Source: Octopus bimaculoides
Taxonomy: Eukaryota
DNA length: 64,000 bases
Assembly (NCBI RefSeq): GCF_001194135.2
Contig: NC_068997.1
Location: 54,031,475 to 54,095,474 of the forward strand
Direction of reading: 5' to 3'
Shown: positions 14,343 through 28,020 of the stretch, piece after piece
Layout: each line of letters begins with the position of its first letter
Position numbering within the stretch: the first letter of the stretch is position 1
The notes under the pieces: model-generated
What the model was told of the DNA's origin: nothing
Database searches by the model: none
What the model saw: only the letters and a program-made list of their open reading frames with translations
Program-made: the position numbers and the translations under genes

Positions 14343-15364
14343 TGTGTCCATGCGTGTGTGTATGAGTTTGCGTTCGTATATATTCATATATACATACGTA
14401 GATATATGCAACTTATTGAAAAATGAAAGACAATAAGATATATATATATATGAAGAGAGATTTGGAAAACGACAGAATTAATTCTCGGTTTAGATCAACA
14501 ATGGAATATTAGAATATTAGAACCTCTGATAAATGAAGGTAGCAGAGTAAAATTGGGAATGATGATAAAGCTACGTGATTGGGTGGCAGTTAAATTTAAC
14601 AAACTCGGAAGATAAGATTTCAAAAGTTCTAAATAGAAAGCGTAGAGAAATGCTAAAGACTGCGATGTAGGTGACGAAGAAGAGATAGACTGAATGAAAG
14701 GAGAGGAAAAAGGAAAGAAAATATGAAAGGTAAAGAGATGACAATTAAATGAAAGGAAGTTATTTATTGTGTAATGAATGACTGCCGAACAATTTCGATA
14801 AGGGATGATTAGAGGAACTGGAATTGGTGGAGATAAACTTAAGGGTGTGCGGAAATTATTGGCGTAAAAGTATGTGCATATGAGTGTCAAAGTGTATAGC
14901 AACGTGTTTGGTGGGGTGGGTGAAGTAATTGTGTGTTTCTGAGTGGACGGGGGGAGCGGGATTTCAAACAGTCTACCCTTTCAGTTTACATGTGTGTTAG
15001 TTCACAAATGATACTCGTTAATAATATATGTTTGTGCAATGCACATATATAATCATAAATATACGCACATGCATATACACATTTGGATTCATGCACTTAC
15101 GCAACACATGAAGAAATTTAAATATATGCGTGTATACATGCAAACATATATATATATAATACACACACTCATATACATATGTATACATGTATGTGTGTGT
15201 GAATGGAGAGCAAGAGGTGACAGATATATTGAGATAGATAGACAGATAGATAAACTGATGATAACACACATGCATAAATAGATATATACAAATGAATATA
15301 TTATATATATATATATATATCTGCATACACATTCAGATATCTGTAAATATATGTGTATGTGTGC

Positions 15365-15403
<39 letters not shown>

Positions 15404-16046
15404 CGATGTATGATTGTGTGTACATGCGGGCGTGTAGAAGCGTTTATATGCGTATAAGGAATAAAGATTTTTTTCTGAATACGGTAGACAAATAAATCGA
15501 AGTTGATAGAAAAAAAAAAGCTTGCAAGGAACACAAAGACAATATCGTATATGGTAGGGAAAAAATAGACGATCGAAAAAGGAAAGGAAATATGCCAAAT
15601 ATCTGATAGATCAAAAAAGGCTACATTTCTAAATAAAACGAAATAAAGAATAATGATAAATTTAATGAAATAATAATAATTATTATAAGAAATGTAAGAC
15701 ACGAGGATTACGTAACGCGGATAAAAACAGAGACACATTGTGAAATGCAGAATTATCAAGACTGAAATCAAAGGAAACGCTTAAATTTATAAAATATAAT
15801 ATAGATATAATAAGAAATAGAAAGTTTTGAGAGAAAATGTAAGATAAAATATAAAGTAAAATGGTGGAAGGCTAAATTTAGTAGGCATGATGATCAATTG
15901 CAGTATATTATTGGAATTAAAGAAACAAAGGACATAGGCTTTGATCGTATTTTTGCTTTAAGACAAACAGTTAATATCATGCTGGTGAATTATTTGTTGA
16001 TGATGTTATTAGAAATAACAATGGTAACAATATCTATAGTAGTCGT

Positions 16047-16208
<162 letters not shown>

Positions 16209-16274
16209 CAGAAGAAGAAGAATCTCGATGTTGGGAATTTTTTCCAACAATCTATTCTGTTGTGTGTAAATTAA

Positions 16275-16306
<32 letters not shown>

Positions 16307-16307
<1 letters not shown>

Positions 16308-16518
16308 GTTTCAAATTTTGCCACAAGGGCAGCCATCTTGGAGGAGAGGATGAGTCGATGACATCGACCCCAGTGTTTCACTGTTACTTTATGTATCGGC
16401 ACTGAAAGGATGAAAAGCCAAGTCGACCTCAGCAGAATTTGAACTCAGAACGTAGCGACGGGCGAAATACCGCTATTCATTACGCCCAGCGTGCTAACGA
16501 TTCTGCCAGCGCACCGCC
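16307..16518 (-). mobile_element. SINE family A, full length, inside an (AAT)n tract
   Basis: Consensus match end to end; (AAT)n on both sides. Confidence 0.9.
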
Positions 16519-16520
16519 TT

Positions 16521-16632
<112 letters not shown>

Positions 16633-18446
16633 TGAACCACACATTGCAGATTATGGTACTGCTGCACAATGTTTGAAAAAGTATGGTCTAAATTCTGCAA
16701 TTCATCCATGTACAATTTTTGGATCCAACGAGGATGATTCTATATGTTCGATATGCATGCGAGAAATAGCAGCCACATCTTCCTCAAATCAGCGATCTAA
16801 GAAAGGAGGCCATTTTTGTTAACTTCGTTTTTAATATTCAGTAGGTGAAAAATAGTCTGGATGATCACGGGTGGAACAAACTTGATAATAGCTTTTCCTT
16901 TGATAAGGATAGCTTCTGAGATAATAATTAACAATTATGACGTCTAATATCTTAAAATATGCGAAGGTTTGAGGGGAGGAGACAAGTCGATTATATCAAT
17001 CCGAACTACTTGACGCTTACGTTTTTTATCGACCCTGAAAGGGTGTAAGGTGAAGATGACTGCAGCTGCATTCGAACTGAGGACATCAGTAAATTAAATG
17101 TGTGTATGTGTGTGTTAATTTATATATATTTGTGTGTGCGTGCGTGCGTGTGTGTGTGTGTGCGTGCGTGTGTGTGTGTGCGTGCGTGTGTGTGTGTGTG
17201 TGCGTGCGTGTGTGTGCGTGCGTGCGTGTGTGTGAATGACATGTACAACAATTCTATCTTTTCTTTCATTCAAAATGTCTATTAAGTGAATAAACCGATT
17301 CCGTAGCCAGAACGACTCTCACAGAATCATTAATTCTCCACATTGAAATACAGTTATTATTACAACCACCTTTCTATCTCACAGAATTATTTGTTTCCAC
17401 CATTTTTTGAAATATTATGCTGCTTTATCGTCTTAATATTCCGTTTCTTTTGTTTATGAACTTTGCTTGCAATATCATACTATGTTTGGAATATTTTTGT
17501 TACGACTTTCAATAACAGATCGTTTTCGCCAATAATAACTCTTCATACATTTTTCCGACGCCATTTTCTTCTCATCAGGTAATATTGCATTATTATATTC
17601 CAGGTGAGTAGGCTGCCTGTAGAAAAATTTAAACCTTGATAAGCAGATTGTAAGTTTGTAGTTTTCTTTATAATTTCATTATATTTTATTATTTTGCAAC
17701 TTCTATTGTTTTATTGCGTATTAAATATACATCTACCTAATAAACAAGTAGCGTGAATTTCCTCTTTTTAGTTAGATATTCAGTGAAACCCTGTTGCAAC
17801 AACTTCATATTCATCAACTCAATGCTTTAAAACAGCTTCTTATTTATTAAAACAGTTGGTGGCAGAAACACTACTTCATTGTACAGAATGACTTTCATTG
17901 TTTCCTTTTTTTTCTTGATCTTTACGTGTTGAAATCAAATCTGATAAAAGTGAAACTTTCCTTTTCAATTCCCTCGGTATCGATAAAGTAACAGCCGTGT
18001 GCTTGAGTCGACTGGACGTCTGACTAATGATTATCAAGATTTAGTTGATTAGTGTGAATATTAGATATTGGTTTATAACTACGTTGTTTTTCCTTCTTGT
18101 TAATTATCAAACTTTACCAAAAGACTTTAGACCGAAAATACCTTCCTAAGAATTTCTAAAGTAGGGAGGTTTTTGGAGTACGTGAGGAATATATTTTAAT
18201 CATACACGCTTATTTTACAGCAGTGCTCTACCCAAAGAAGAAAACTCAACAACATATACATATAGCACTACTGGGCACTGCACACATCGTACGCAAAACA
18301 CTTTCAATACAGTAACCATAAGAGCATCACAGCAAACCACAGCACACACTCAAGGCACACAGAGCTGCGCTCGGTAGTGAAGTGAAAGCACGTTACAAAA
18401 ATAAAACTACTGAATAATAATGATGATGATGATGATGATGATGATG

Positions 18447-18908
18447 AATTGGCATCAATCCCCTTTTCTTTTCATCTTTCTTCGGCTTCACCTTTCCTCT
18501 TGTATTCAGATTTTTCTTTGCAATCTCCAATTTTTGTCCAAGTTGACGTTTTACTCTTCCAACAGCAATGGTTCCAGTGCATTCTTTATGTACCAAGCCA
18601 CACTCTTCTCTTCTTCTCTTACTCATCTTTCACAATTGACGAGGCTTATCCCTTTCTCCTAAACTTATCATTATTCCACCCGTGTTTAATCTTGCCTCGC
18701 TTCAGAAGGAGCACGCTGCTAAATTTCATTCAGATGACCAAACGAAAGCCATGCACTTTGTCCACAAATGAACTAATTTCGGATTCATCATTTCCGATCA
18801 TCCATGAATAGTAGATGATTGACCCTATGCTGTTGCTCCTTAAACTTATACCTTGCTTTAGTGCTTCTCAAAATCAATGTCTGGGACACCATGCACAATA
18901 CACAGCAG
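18447..18908 (-). mobile_element. R4/Dong-type (RLE) LINE fragment with RT core, inverted part
   Basis: Degenerate translation: VLCMVSQTLILRSTKARYKFKEQQHRVNHLLFMDD...VLLLKRGKIKHG...VREEEKSVAWYIKNALEPLLL...CKEKSEYKRK. Confidence 0.8.
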
Positions 18909-19490
18909 AGAAATGTTGCAGGGACACAGAAGCCGAAACTTATTTGGAGAAGAGGAAACAGAGGCTTTAATTTGCGCAGCACAAGCGGAAGCCCAGTGGA
19001 CAAATTACACTAAATACATCTGACAACTCATGCAGCAGAAAAATAGGAGTAAAAATAGGGGAACCTGTGTAGTATATCAGCAGCCGGTGCACGAAGCTGA
19101 TACAGAAGGAATACAAGCGATGCCATGATAATGTAGCGAAAATCATTCGTTGAGAGTTATGTGGAGGATAGGGTCATGAAAGAGCAAACCTGTGGGATAA
19201 GCACAAAATAAGGGGTGTAGTAGAGAATGACCACAGCAAGATTTTATGGAAATTTATAGTATAATATGACCGTGAAATTCAACACCGCAAACCTGGTATT
19301 ATAGTGAGGAACACGGTCAACAAATTCTAGATGTGGCTTGTCCAGCTCATAACGTCTGTGACAAATAATTGAAGAAAGCTGAGAGATATGGATTATCAGC
19401 ATGAGAGGCAAGAGATTTGTAGGCAATGGAAAAGGTTGCGGTGGTCCGAGTCGTTGTAGAGGTGCTTGGTACTTTGAGCACAAGAAATGA
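18909..19490 (+). mobile_element. R4/Dong-type LINE fragment: zinc-knuckle region and restriction-like endonuclease
   Basis: EALICAAQAEAQWTNY...KLIQKEYKRCHDNVAKII...VVENDHSKILW...DREIQHRKPGII...LDVACP...VVVEVLGTLS, with stops and frameshifts. Confidence 0.85.
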
Positions 19491-20316
19491 AACTACTTAT
19501 TATTATTATCATAAATAGTAGAAGTAGTAATAGTAGTAGTAGCAGCAGCAGCAGTGTTAGTAGTAGCAGTACTATTTGTAACATTAGTCGTATAAGTATC
19601 GTAATTTATTTTTTTGTTAATTAAGCATTAATTGCAAATTAACCATTATTGCGAAGCAATCTCATATCGCTTGAGCCTCTCAAGAGAAAAGGATAATGGA
19701 TGAGTGCATCATTAATATCTTTCGAATTGGTTATGTAATTAGCGCTGACTAAACAATTATCTAACAAAATAAATATATGCATTATGTATTAAAGACGCTA
19801 ATTAACCGTAAATTTAATGAAGCTAGTCCTATAACTAATCGTCAGTATCCGAAAGCCAGCCAAATGTTTCTTCTTCGTTTATGTAACATTAAATGGGTGA
19901 GAAGTAAATATTCAACTGGATAGTATGCTAGTCTTTCGAAGGTTATAATACCAACTGCATAAACTGAATTTATTCACAGTAGACGATGAGATATACATGA
20001 AAACTATGACACCTTAACACGATTGGTCATTTGATGGATGTTTTGTTGATAAAATTAGGAATGAAAAGCCATACCTAAGATCGGACGAATCGTTTTGCGA
20101 TTCCTTTCGATTTTATTTTGTTGTTGGAGGGATTCAAATTTCACAGCAGTGTTATTTGTCCCCACCAAGGGTCAATATAGAAATGTACCTCTTACATACT
20201 ACGTTTAATGATATCAACTAACCAACTCTGTTCAGTTTCAAGATTTATGTCAGTTATTTTTCCCCATAAGAGGAACCCGAGAACAGCTCGATCAGTTTCG
20301 GCTGGTTACTGCTAAC

Positions 20317-20403
20317 TAATCACGTTCTCTGTTGGTTTCCGACATTTTCTTTGAAAGTTATCGAATTCACTATCTTCAAAGTTAATGCAAAGTTTGACAC
20401 TGG
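20317..20403 (-). CDS. Candidate exon 10 (SVKLCINFEDSEFDNFQRKCRKPTENVI-R), phase 1 to 1
   Basis: Strong acceptor agtttttttcag|, donor TTA|gttagc (alternative AAC|gtgatt at 20324), 87 nt. Confidence 0.5.
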
Positions 20404-20426
20404 CTGAAAAAAACTATGTATGTATG

Positions 20427-20460
<34 letters not shown>

Positions 20461-21339
20461 TGTATGTATGTATGTGTGTATGTAAAACGGGAGTGCTGTA
20501 AATCTTAAACGAAAAGTTAAAAATTTATTAAATATCAAAACACCTTCGTGGCTTTCGGCCTACTCTGCCTATGCATGTGCGTGCATGTATATATAAATAT
20601 ATGTTCATAGTATTGAATATTATTTTGAAGCAAAGATGCATATATTTTGTGAAACATTACTAAAATCATCAATACAAGGGAACCGATAATGTCTGAATTG
20701 TGATGAACTGGTTATTTTCGGTCTCTCTCGATATTTATCGAACTTTAATTAAAATTCTGATGTCATCTCTGGAATGAAAATTTTAGAAAATAATCTATGT
20801 TTATATCTGTAATGTTCTTCTTGCCAAGAGAATGAGTGAATCTAAGGCCTTTCATATATTATACATCTTCCAATCACAGCATGGTACAAACATATTAGCC
20901 TTTCGAGTACAGATAATACCATTTAAACTTCTTTTTTTCGGGGGGAGGGTCAATATTTTCGTTGCGATTCTACTGTAAATATAAAATTTACATAATTTAA
21001 TAAACAGGTTGCGGGAAGATTATTGAAATAATAACGCTAGGGATCAGTTATATTTCAAAGAGAAATAAAACCAAGGGTTTGAGGTGTATATTTGTATATA
21101 TGTTTATTACATCTGCTGTTGGCTATGTTGAAGTTACAGGGCTGTAGTGAAACCGAGGCTACAGCATAAAACTATTGCCTAAGCTTACATGTAGTGACAT
21201 AGAACACGGAGTCACGTGCTTACGAAACGGAACTCTTAACCATATAATTATAGTCCTTGTATTTGCGTATATATTCATGCATTTTGAATGTACGCCAGCT
21301 TTAATGTCTTAACACACACACACACACACACACGTATAA

Positions 21340-21678
21340 TTGGCGAAACTATAGGAGTTGGAATTGGAAGTTCTCCATCATCCATCGTACTCACCTGATC
21401 TTGTCCGAACTGGGTACCACTTAATCAGAAATTCGGATAACTTTTTAATAGGAAAAATTTTTATTCCGATGATGCTGTAAAAGGGGCCTTCCAAGATTTT
21501 ATTGACTCTAGATTGCTAGGCTTTTACAGTTCCCGGATGGTCAAGCTACCTCTGAAATGGCAAAAGTGTATTGACAATATGGGTGCATACTTTGATGAAT
21601 AAAACTATTCCTTGTATCTATATAAAATATTAGCAAACTTTTCTCTTTTCTACAAATTTCATACTTGACGACCTAATA
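21340..21678 (+). mobile_element. Mariner transposon 3' remnant with right TIR
   Basis: ELEVLHHPSYSPDLVRTGYHLI...LPLKWQKCIDNMGAYFDE* (one frameshift; third catalytic D lost); ends aaatttcatacttgacgacctaata. Confidence 0.85.
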
Positions 21679-21731
21679 TGTATGTTTTGTATGTTTGTAT
21701 ATGTATGTATATACGTATATATATATATATA

Positions 21732-22290
21732 TATATTATTTTGTTTAAAAGAGTTCCAACTCTGTCTGTTTTTTATGTTTTATTTATATTCTTGTAAAAT
21801 TAATGTGGGATATAGAATATGGAATATACAATATATAATATAAAAATGGATGGTACAATGAAATAAAGTATTCAATGTCTTATTGAATATATGGAATATG
21901 TCTTATTGAATATATGAAATACTGAGTGTTCAATATAAAGGATTAAATATATAAAGGCGAATATGTATTTTCTATACCTTGTGGTATTTCATCATGGCCG
22001 GTCTATTAAAGTCTGTCATACCGGTCATGATGAAATACCACAAGGTATAGAAAATACGTATTCGCCTTTATATATTTATTCCTTTATATTGAACACTCAA
22101 TATTTCATATATTCAATAAGACATATTCCATATATTCAATAAGACATTCAATACTTTATTTCATTGTACCATCCATTTTTATATTATATATCGTGTATTC
22201 CATATTCTATATCCCACAATAATTTTACAAGTATATAAATAAAACATAGAAAACAAACAGAGTTGGAACTCTTTTAAACAAAATAATATA
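21732..22290. repeat. Long palindrome: 270-bp inverted arms, 19-bp spacer (foldback/MITE-like)
   Basis: Arm 21732-22001 is the reverse complement of 22021-22290 with about 10 substitutions. Spacer tctattaaagtctgtcata. Each arm holds a 23-nt tandem duplication. Confidence 0.9.
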
Positions 22291-22340
22291 TTCCTGTATA
22301 CACAATCATACAAAACCCCTTTTTTGTATTCATTTTTACT

Positions 22341-22428
<88 letters not shown>

Positions 22429-23087
22429 AGNNNNNNNNNNNNNNNNNTATATATATATATACATGTATACGTATGAATATATATATATATATATAGAAAG
22501 ATAAATAGATACATACATACATACATATATATACATATGTGTATGTGTGTGTGTACATATATTTAGTATGAATGTATGAATAATATATATCCATATACAC
22601 ATTTATAAGCAAGGGTGTATTTAATGTATGTATCCGCGTTCACAGATATATAGAATTATGTATAAATGCATCTACAAGTATTTCAGAAAGTTATTTTCAT
22701 AAATGATTTCCCAGGCTATATCTAAAAGCAATTTCAAATGCGTAACAAACAAAACTGCACCAAAAGAAATCAACATTCACATGATGATATTCATCTTTTA
22801 TACTCTCAGCGTCTCGTTTCGTAAGATTGTTTACGAAACAATGTCTCAGAATTATATGACATAGATGATTCATCTAGAACCTAGTAAACAATACAATGCC
22901 CAGGGCATTGGGAAACGCATTTAATGGTATTATTTAATACATGGTTTTAATATATGTTGCGTGTGTGTGAATGTGTGCAGATGGTTTGTATGTTTCTGGT
23001 TTGGGATTTATTTGGGTATAATGGTTAATATGTGTAAATACAGTGTTTCGTTATTTGTCTGTCTGTGTGTGTATCTATATCTTTCTA

Positions 23088-23151
<64 letters not shown>

Positions 23152-23590
23152 NNNNNNNNNNNNNNNNNNNNNNNNNNNNNNNNNNNNNNNNNNNNNNNNN
23201 NNNNNNNNNNNNNNNNNNNNNNNNNNNNNNNNNNNNNNNNNNNNNNNNNNNNNNNNNNNNNNNNNNNNNNNNNNNNNNNNNNNNNNNNNNNNNNNNNNNN
23301 NNNNNNNNNNNNNNNNNNNNNNNNNNNNNNNNNNNNNNNNNNNNNNNNNNNNNNNNNNNNNNNNNNNNNNNNNNNNNNNNNNNNNNNNNNNNNNNNNNNN
23401 NNNNNNNNNNNNNNNNNNNNNNNNNNNNNNNNNNNNNNNNNNNNNNNNNNNNNNNNNNNNNNNNNNNNNNNNNNNNNNNNNNNNNNNNNNNNNNNNNNNN
23501 NNNNNNNNNNNNNNNNNNNNNNNNNNNNNNNNNNNNNNNNNNNNNNNNNNNNNNNNNNNNNNTATATATATATGTGTATGTATATATGTA

Positions 23591-23622
<32 letters not shown>

Positions 23623-23624
23623 CT

Positions 23625-23688
<64 letters not shown>

Positions 23689-24574
23689 GTGACACATATG
23701 TATCATATTCTTCACCTTATTCATCTTACATCGGCAATCTGCCCACTATACTTATTTATATACTGTATGATTAAAAATTGTTTACCCCCATAACTAGCTC
23801 TATCAACGAACAGAAATGTTCTATGAATCTCTATAATGCGATTAAATACACCAAAACACAAGCGAAAAGCAATAAAATACGTAAACAAAGCGTATACAGA
23901 ACCAAAAAGTTACATAACAGCGGAAGAAAATCTAATTTAAGTGAAGCAGGAAATTTCTTTCATTAACTTCTGAAAAGATATCAACTTTATTCCGAAAATA
24001 TTGAAGTGTTTCAAACCTCGCTATGACTAAAATAACATTGTAAAGATATTTCTCATATATTTTCGATATCCTGCAAAAATGGGTGGTACTATTTTGACAG
24101 ACCATTTAACTAGCAGTCGAAAGTTTCTCAGAGAAGGCAAACAATATCTTGAAGACATATAATGTCTCCTTCCTCTATTAACAACATAAGATATAATGAA
24201 AACCTAAAGTCTTTGTCAAAAAGTATCTTATTTGTAAAAAAGCAGCGAAGAACCAGAATCGTTAGCACGCCAGCCAAAATGCTTGCGGCATTCCATCCGT
24301 CTTTATGTTGACTAGAAGACACTTGTGGTTACACGAAAGCAACAAAAATTGGGCCGCAGGGACACCAAATGGAAATATTGTTGTTAATCGTGTAAATATG
24401 TTAGTTTAACCGGTTGCAATTCTGCCAACACTAATCGGACAGTCTACCTCTGAAGAACGCCTGACCGAAAGAATTTTGTTCATGCAATATATTTTTATCT
24501 GACAGTTTGTCTGTCTACGTATCACTTGACACACACACACACTGCAAGATTACACTTATATACATGTGTGTGTG

Positions 24575-24790
24575 TGTGTAATTTACAAAAACGAAGAACA
24601 AACACAAAAAAGCAGCAACGCGAGGAGGACGTAGAACATGTAAAGTATTTGCAGACGTTCAATGAAGGAAAGAAAGGTGATTTTACGTTTCGAGCAAGAC
24701 TCTTCTTCAGAAACAGGAGACAGACGAAAGTCCAAAAGAAAAGGAAGACGAAGGAAAACAAAAAATCGCCAACGATTCACATGTGGTTGC
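24575..24790 (-). mobile_element. ~200-bp dispersed repeat carrying the minimal hammerhead (Penelope pseudo-LTR-like)
   Basis: Aligns by eye with 13420-13595 in opposite orientation (shared cgaaacgtaaaatcacctttctttcc...aacgtctgc.aatactttacat). Confidence 0.5.
24680..24714 (-). ncRNA. Minimal Penelope-type hammerhead motif
   Basis: GUUU CUGAAGA A GAG-UCUUG-CUC GAAACGUA AAAU: intact core, loopless palindromic ACGU stem III, 4-bp stem I. Confidence 0.55.
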
Positions 24791-24831
24791 ACACACACAC
24801 ACACACACGTACATATGTCCTTTTCTACTCT

Positions 24832-25012
24832 CAGTACAAGACCCGAAAATTTGGGAGAGGGAGCCAGATGATTACATTGACCCCAGTACGCAACTGATAC
24901 TAAATTTATCGACTCAGAAAGGATGAAAGGCAAACTTGACCTCGGTGTAATTTGAACTCAGAACGAATTAAATACCACTAGTCATTTCACCCGGAGTGCT
25001 AACATTTCTGCC
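24832..25012 (-). mobile_element. SINE family A
   Basis: gaccccagtacgcaactg...aaggatgaaaggcaaacttgacctcgg...tttgaactcagaacg. Confidence 0.8.
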
Positions 25013-25236
25013 TTAACACATATGTATATAACCGTGCCATTAAGACATACAACACAATTTATGATCGCCATTATTAAGCCACACACATTTGTAAAAACCA
25101 GAATTACTACTGGAAAAGAATTGGTAATGCGAAATGAACTGAAATTAAATAATATCTTACACCATGAATTTCTGTCACTGGAGAACATTTCTCAATCTCA
25201 AACAATCTGTATTTAAAATTATTTACAGTAACTTAC

Positions 25237-25252
25237 TGTATTTGATTCGCTC
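25237..25252 (-). CDS. Candidate microexon 9 (ERIKY-T), phase 0 to 1
   Basis: Acceptor ggttttag|, intronic donor consensus ACA|gtaagt, 16 nt; bridges exons 8 and 10. Confidence 0.45.
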
Positions 25253-25875
25253 CTAAAACCTTCCTGACAGAAACCACCATTAATTTCATTACGCATGTTT
25301 TCCTTTAACTCTAGTTGGGTTTGAAAAAATAAGTTAGTTCCTGCTGGAAAAAATATAAAAACAGATTGCAAGTGAGAGATGACAAAAGCCTCAAATGCAG
25401 CAATAATAATGATGATGACAACGATGATGATGATAGTAATAATAATCTAATCGATTAAACACATGGAAACAACACGGATGTTTTAAACACTTGACTATGA
25501 GATCAGTTACTTTGAAATACAATTTGATTGTTTAATATTTCCTGATACACACGAGAGTGAACATACAGAGATAAGGACTTAGCTGATTTGATGTGAAAGG
25601 AGACAATTTAAAATAATGAGATTAGAAAAATATCCCGCATGTTTCTACTGTAGGTAGCAAAAATCAGAAAGAATTTTAAATTTTCAAATTCGGAATTTTA
25701 TGATTGAAATTAAAGGTAAAAAATTCTATTAAAATTTTACGCCACAAAATGTTCTACAGGAAAATTTAGAAAAATAATTATATAGTAAATACAGGGTTTC
25801 GATTTTAGCTTCAATTATACACATATAACTTCATATACATATATACCTTCAGATATATATATATATATATAACAT

Positions 25876-26256
25876 AACGAACTGATCTGTGGAGCGCAAT
25901 GTATTTGATTCTTTACGATAACAATGCGCCCTGATGCCGAGCTCTCCTCATTTATGAGTTTCTTGCCAAAAACAACACACGCCCTAATCGCCAGATTTAG
26001 CACTGTTGACTTCCATCGCTTTCTCAAGATGAAGATGTCGCTCAAAGGTCGCCGTTCTAAAACAGTTATCGAGATCCAGAGCGAATTGCAGAAGGTCTTA
26101 GACTCGCTTACAGAAAACGACTTCAGGGCCAGATTCCAAAAGTGATAGGAAAGTTTGGACCGGTGTATTGCTGCGCAAGGTGAACATTTCGAAGAAAATG
26201 TTGTTAAAATATATTAACCGTAACTAGTCCGGGAACTTTTGCATAATAGCTCGTAT
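25876..26256 (+). mobile_element. Mariner (irritans-like) 3' remnant with right TIR
   Basis: LYDNNAP...EFLAKNN...DFHRFLKMKMSLKGRRSKTVIEIQSELQKVLDSLTENDFRARFQK...DRCIAAQGEHFE; TIR agtccgggaacttttgcataatagctcgta. Confidence 0.85.
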
Positions 26257-26375
26257 ACGGGGGTGGTGTGCTGAAAAGCTTCTGGTTTTGGGTAGAAGAA
26301 TATAAATGAAGATCAGATAATTAGGGTTGTATTCAGCATATTCCACCCTCGGATTCATACACGCAATGCATATAC

Positions 26376-26438
<63 letters not shown>

Positions 26439-26800
26439 CAAAAAATATAAGCAGCTACACAACCGTATAAATATGCGTGCACCGTGTTGCCCGACTTTAT
26501 ATGGATACATATGCTGGAAATATTATATATATTATCCAAATGCAATTGTATGAATTTATTCGTACAAATATGTTAATGTGTGCATTAAATTATGCAAATT
26601 TAAAGGCGAATCCAAACAGAACTAATCATATGCGTAAAGCTTCTTCTCTCACCTATTTTCTTACCATGCCTTTCTCTTATATTCTCTTTCCGTCCATGTA
26701 TTTATTAAATTTCAAACACGTACGTACACAACCGTACTGCATAGTATATACATATGTATATGTATGTATATATATTTATATGTATGTGTGTGTGTGTGTG

Positions 26801-27105
<305 letters not shown>

Positions 27106-27531
27106 TGATTGATTGAGAGAGAAGGAGGGAGACACACACACACCCAAACACAATTATATCTACACACATTGAAAAATGCAAATATACAAGTATATATATA
27201 CAAGTATATATATACAAGTATATATATATAGTATATACATTATATCTATCAATATACGCACGATGAAAACATTTCAATTGCCATTCATAAATTTCTATTG
27301 AATCTTTTATGGTGGAATTTATTGAAAATTATTTTTAAAAATAAATTTTTGTAAGATCTAAAAGTTAAACGAAATCAGGCATTTGACAAAGATTTACTGC
27401 ATCTTCAATATGGCATTATTCAATATCATTCTATATTAAAGGACCTTAGTAATTGAAAATGCAAATTTTGCAAATTCAAATCTTACAGTTTCCAAAAGAA
27501 GATGACAATAATAGAAACAAATACTCATGAT

Positions 27532-27532
27532 C

Positions 27533-27627
<95 letters not shown>

Positions 27628-27634
27628 CAATAAC

Positions 27635-27674
<40 letters not shown>

Positions 27675-27710
27675 GTAATAATAATAATCATGGTGATGAT
27701 AACAATAATA
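27532..27710. repeat. (AAT)n microsatellite directly upstream of the Dong-type LINE end
   Basis: Directly visible. Confidence 0.95.
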
Positions 27711-27714
27711 GCCC

Positions 27715-28020
27715 ATAGACATGGCAGGTTAGCTTGGTAGGTTAAGCAGTTGTGGTCGATGAAAATGGTGGCAGTAGTAAGAAAAATTGTCAGAGCCTTG
27801 GGAACAGTGAGTAAAAATTTTAAGAAGTACATGGAACAAATAGGGGCTGCAATAAGAGTGGCGCACTTGCAGAAAACAGCACTGCTTGGAACCGCTAAAA
27901 TACTCCGGAAGGTGCTCGAAAAATAAGGGGTGTTACCTTAGTTCACTGGTAGTGAACAGCTGACACCGTAGTACATCTCCAGCGTTAGAAGCTGTGCAAA
28001 GACAATAAAATAATAATAAT
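27715..28020 (+). mobile_element. R4/Dong-type LINE 3' end with 3'UTR and (TAA)n tail
   Basis: HGRLAW*VKQLWSMKMVAVVRKIVRALGTVSKNFKKYMEQIGAAIRVAHLQKTALLGTAKILRKVLEK* (27720-27926), then UTR and taataataat. Confidence 0.85.

Noticed and set aside
24445-24457. 13-nt microexon AFFR, and the ctgaagaacgcctgaccgaaa hammerhead-like string overlapping it
   Set aside because: The 16-nt exon at 25237 has a stronger donor and fills the same phase; the string lacks a stem II.
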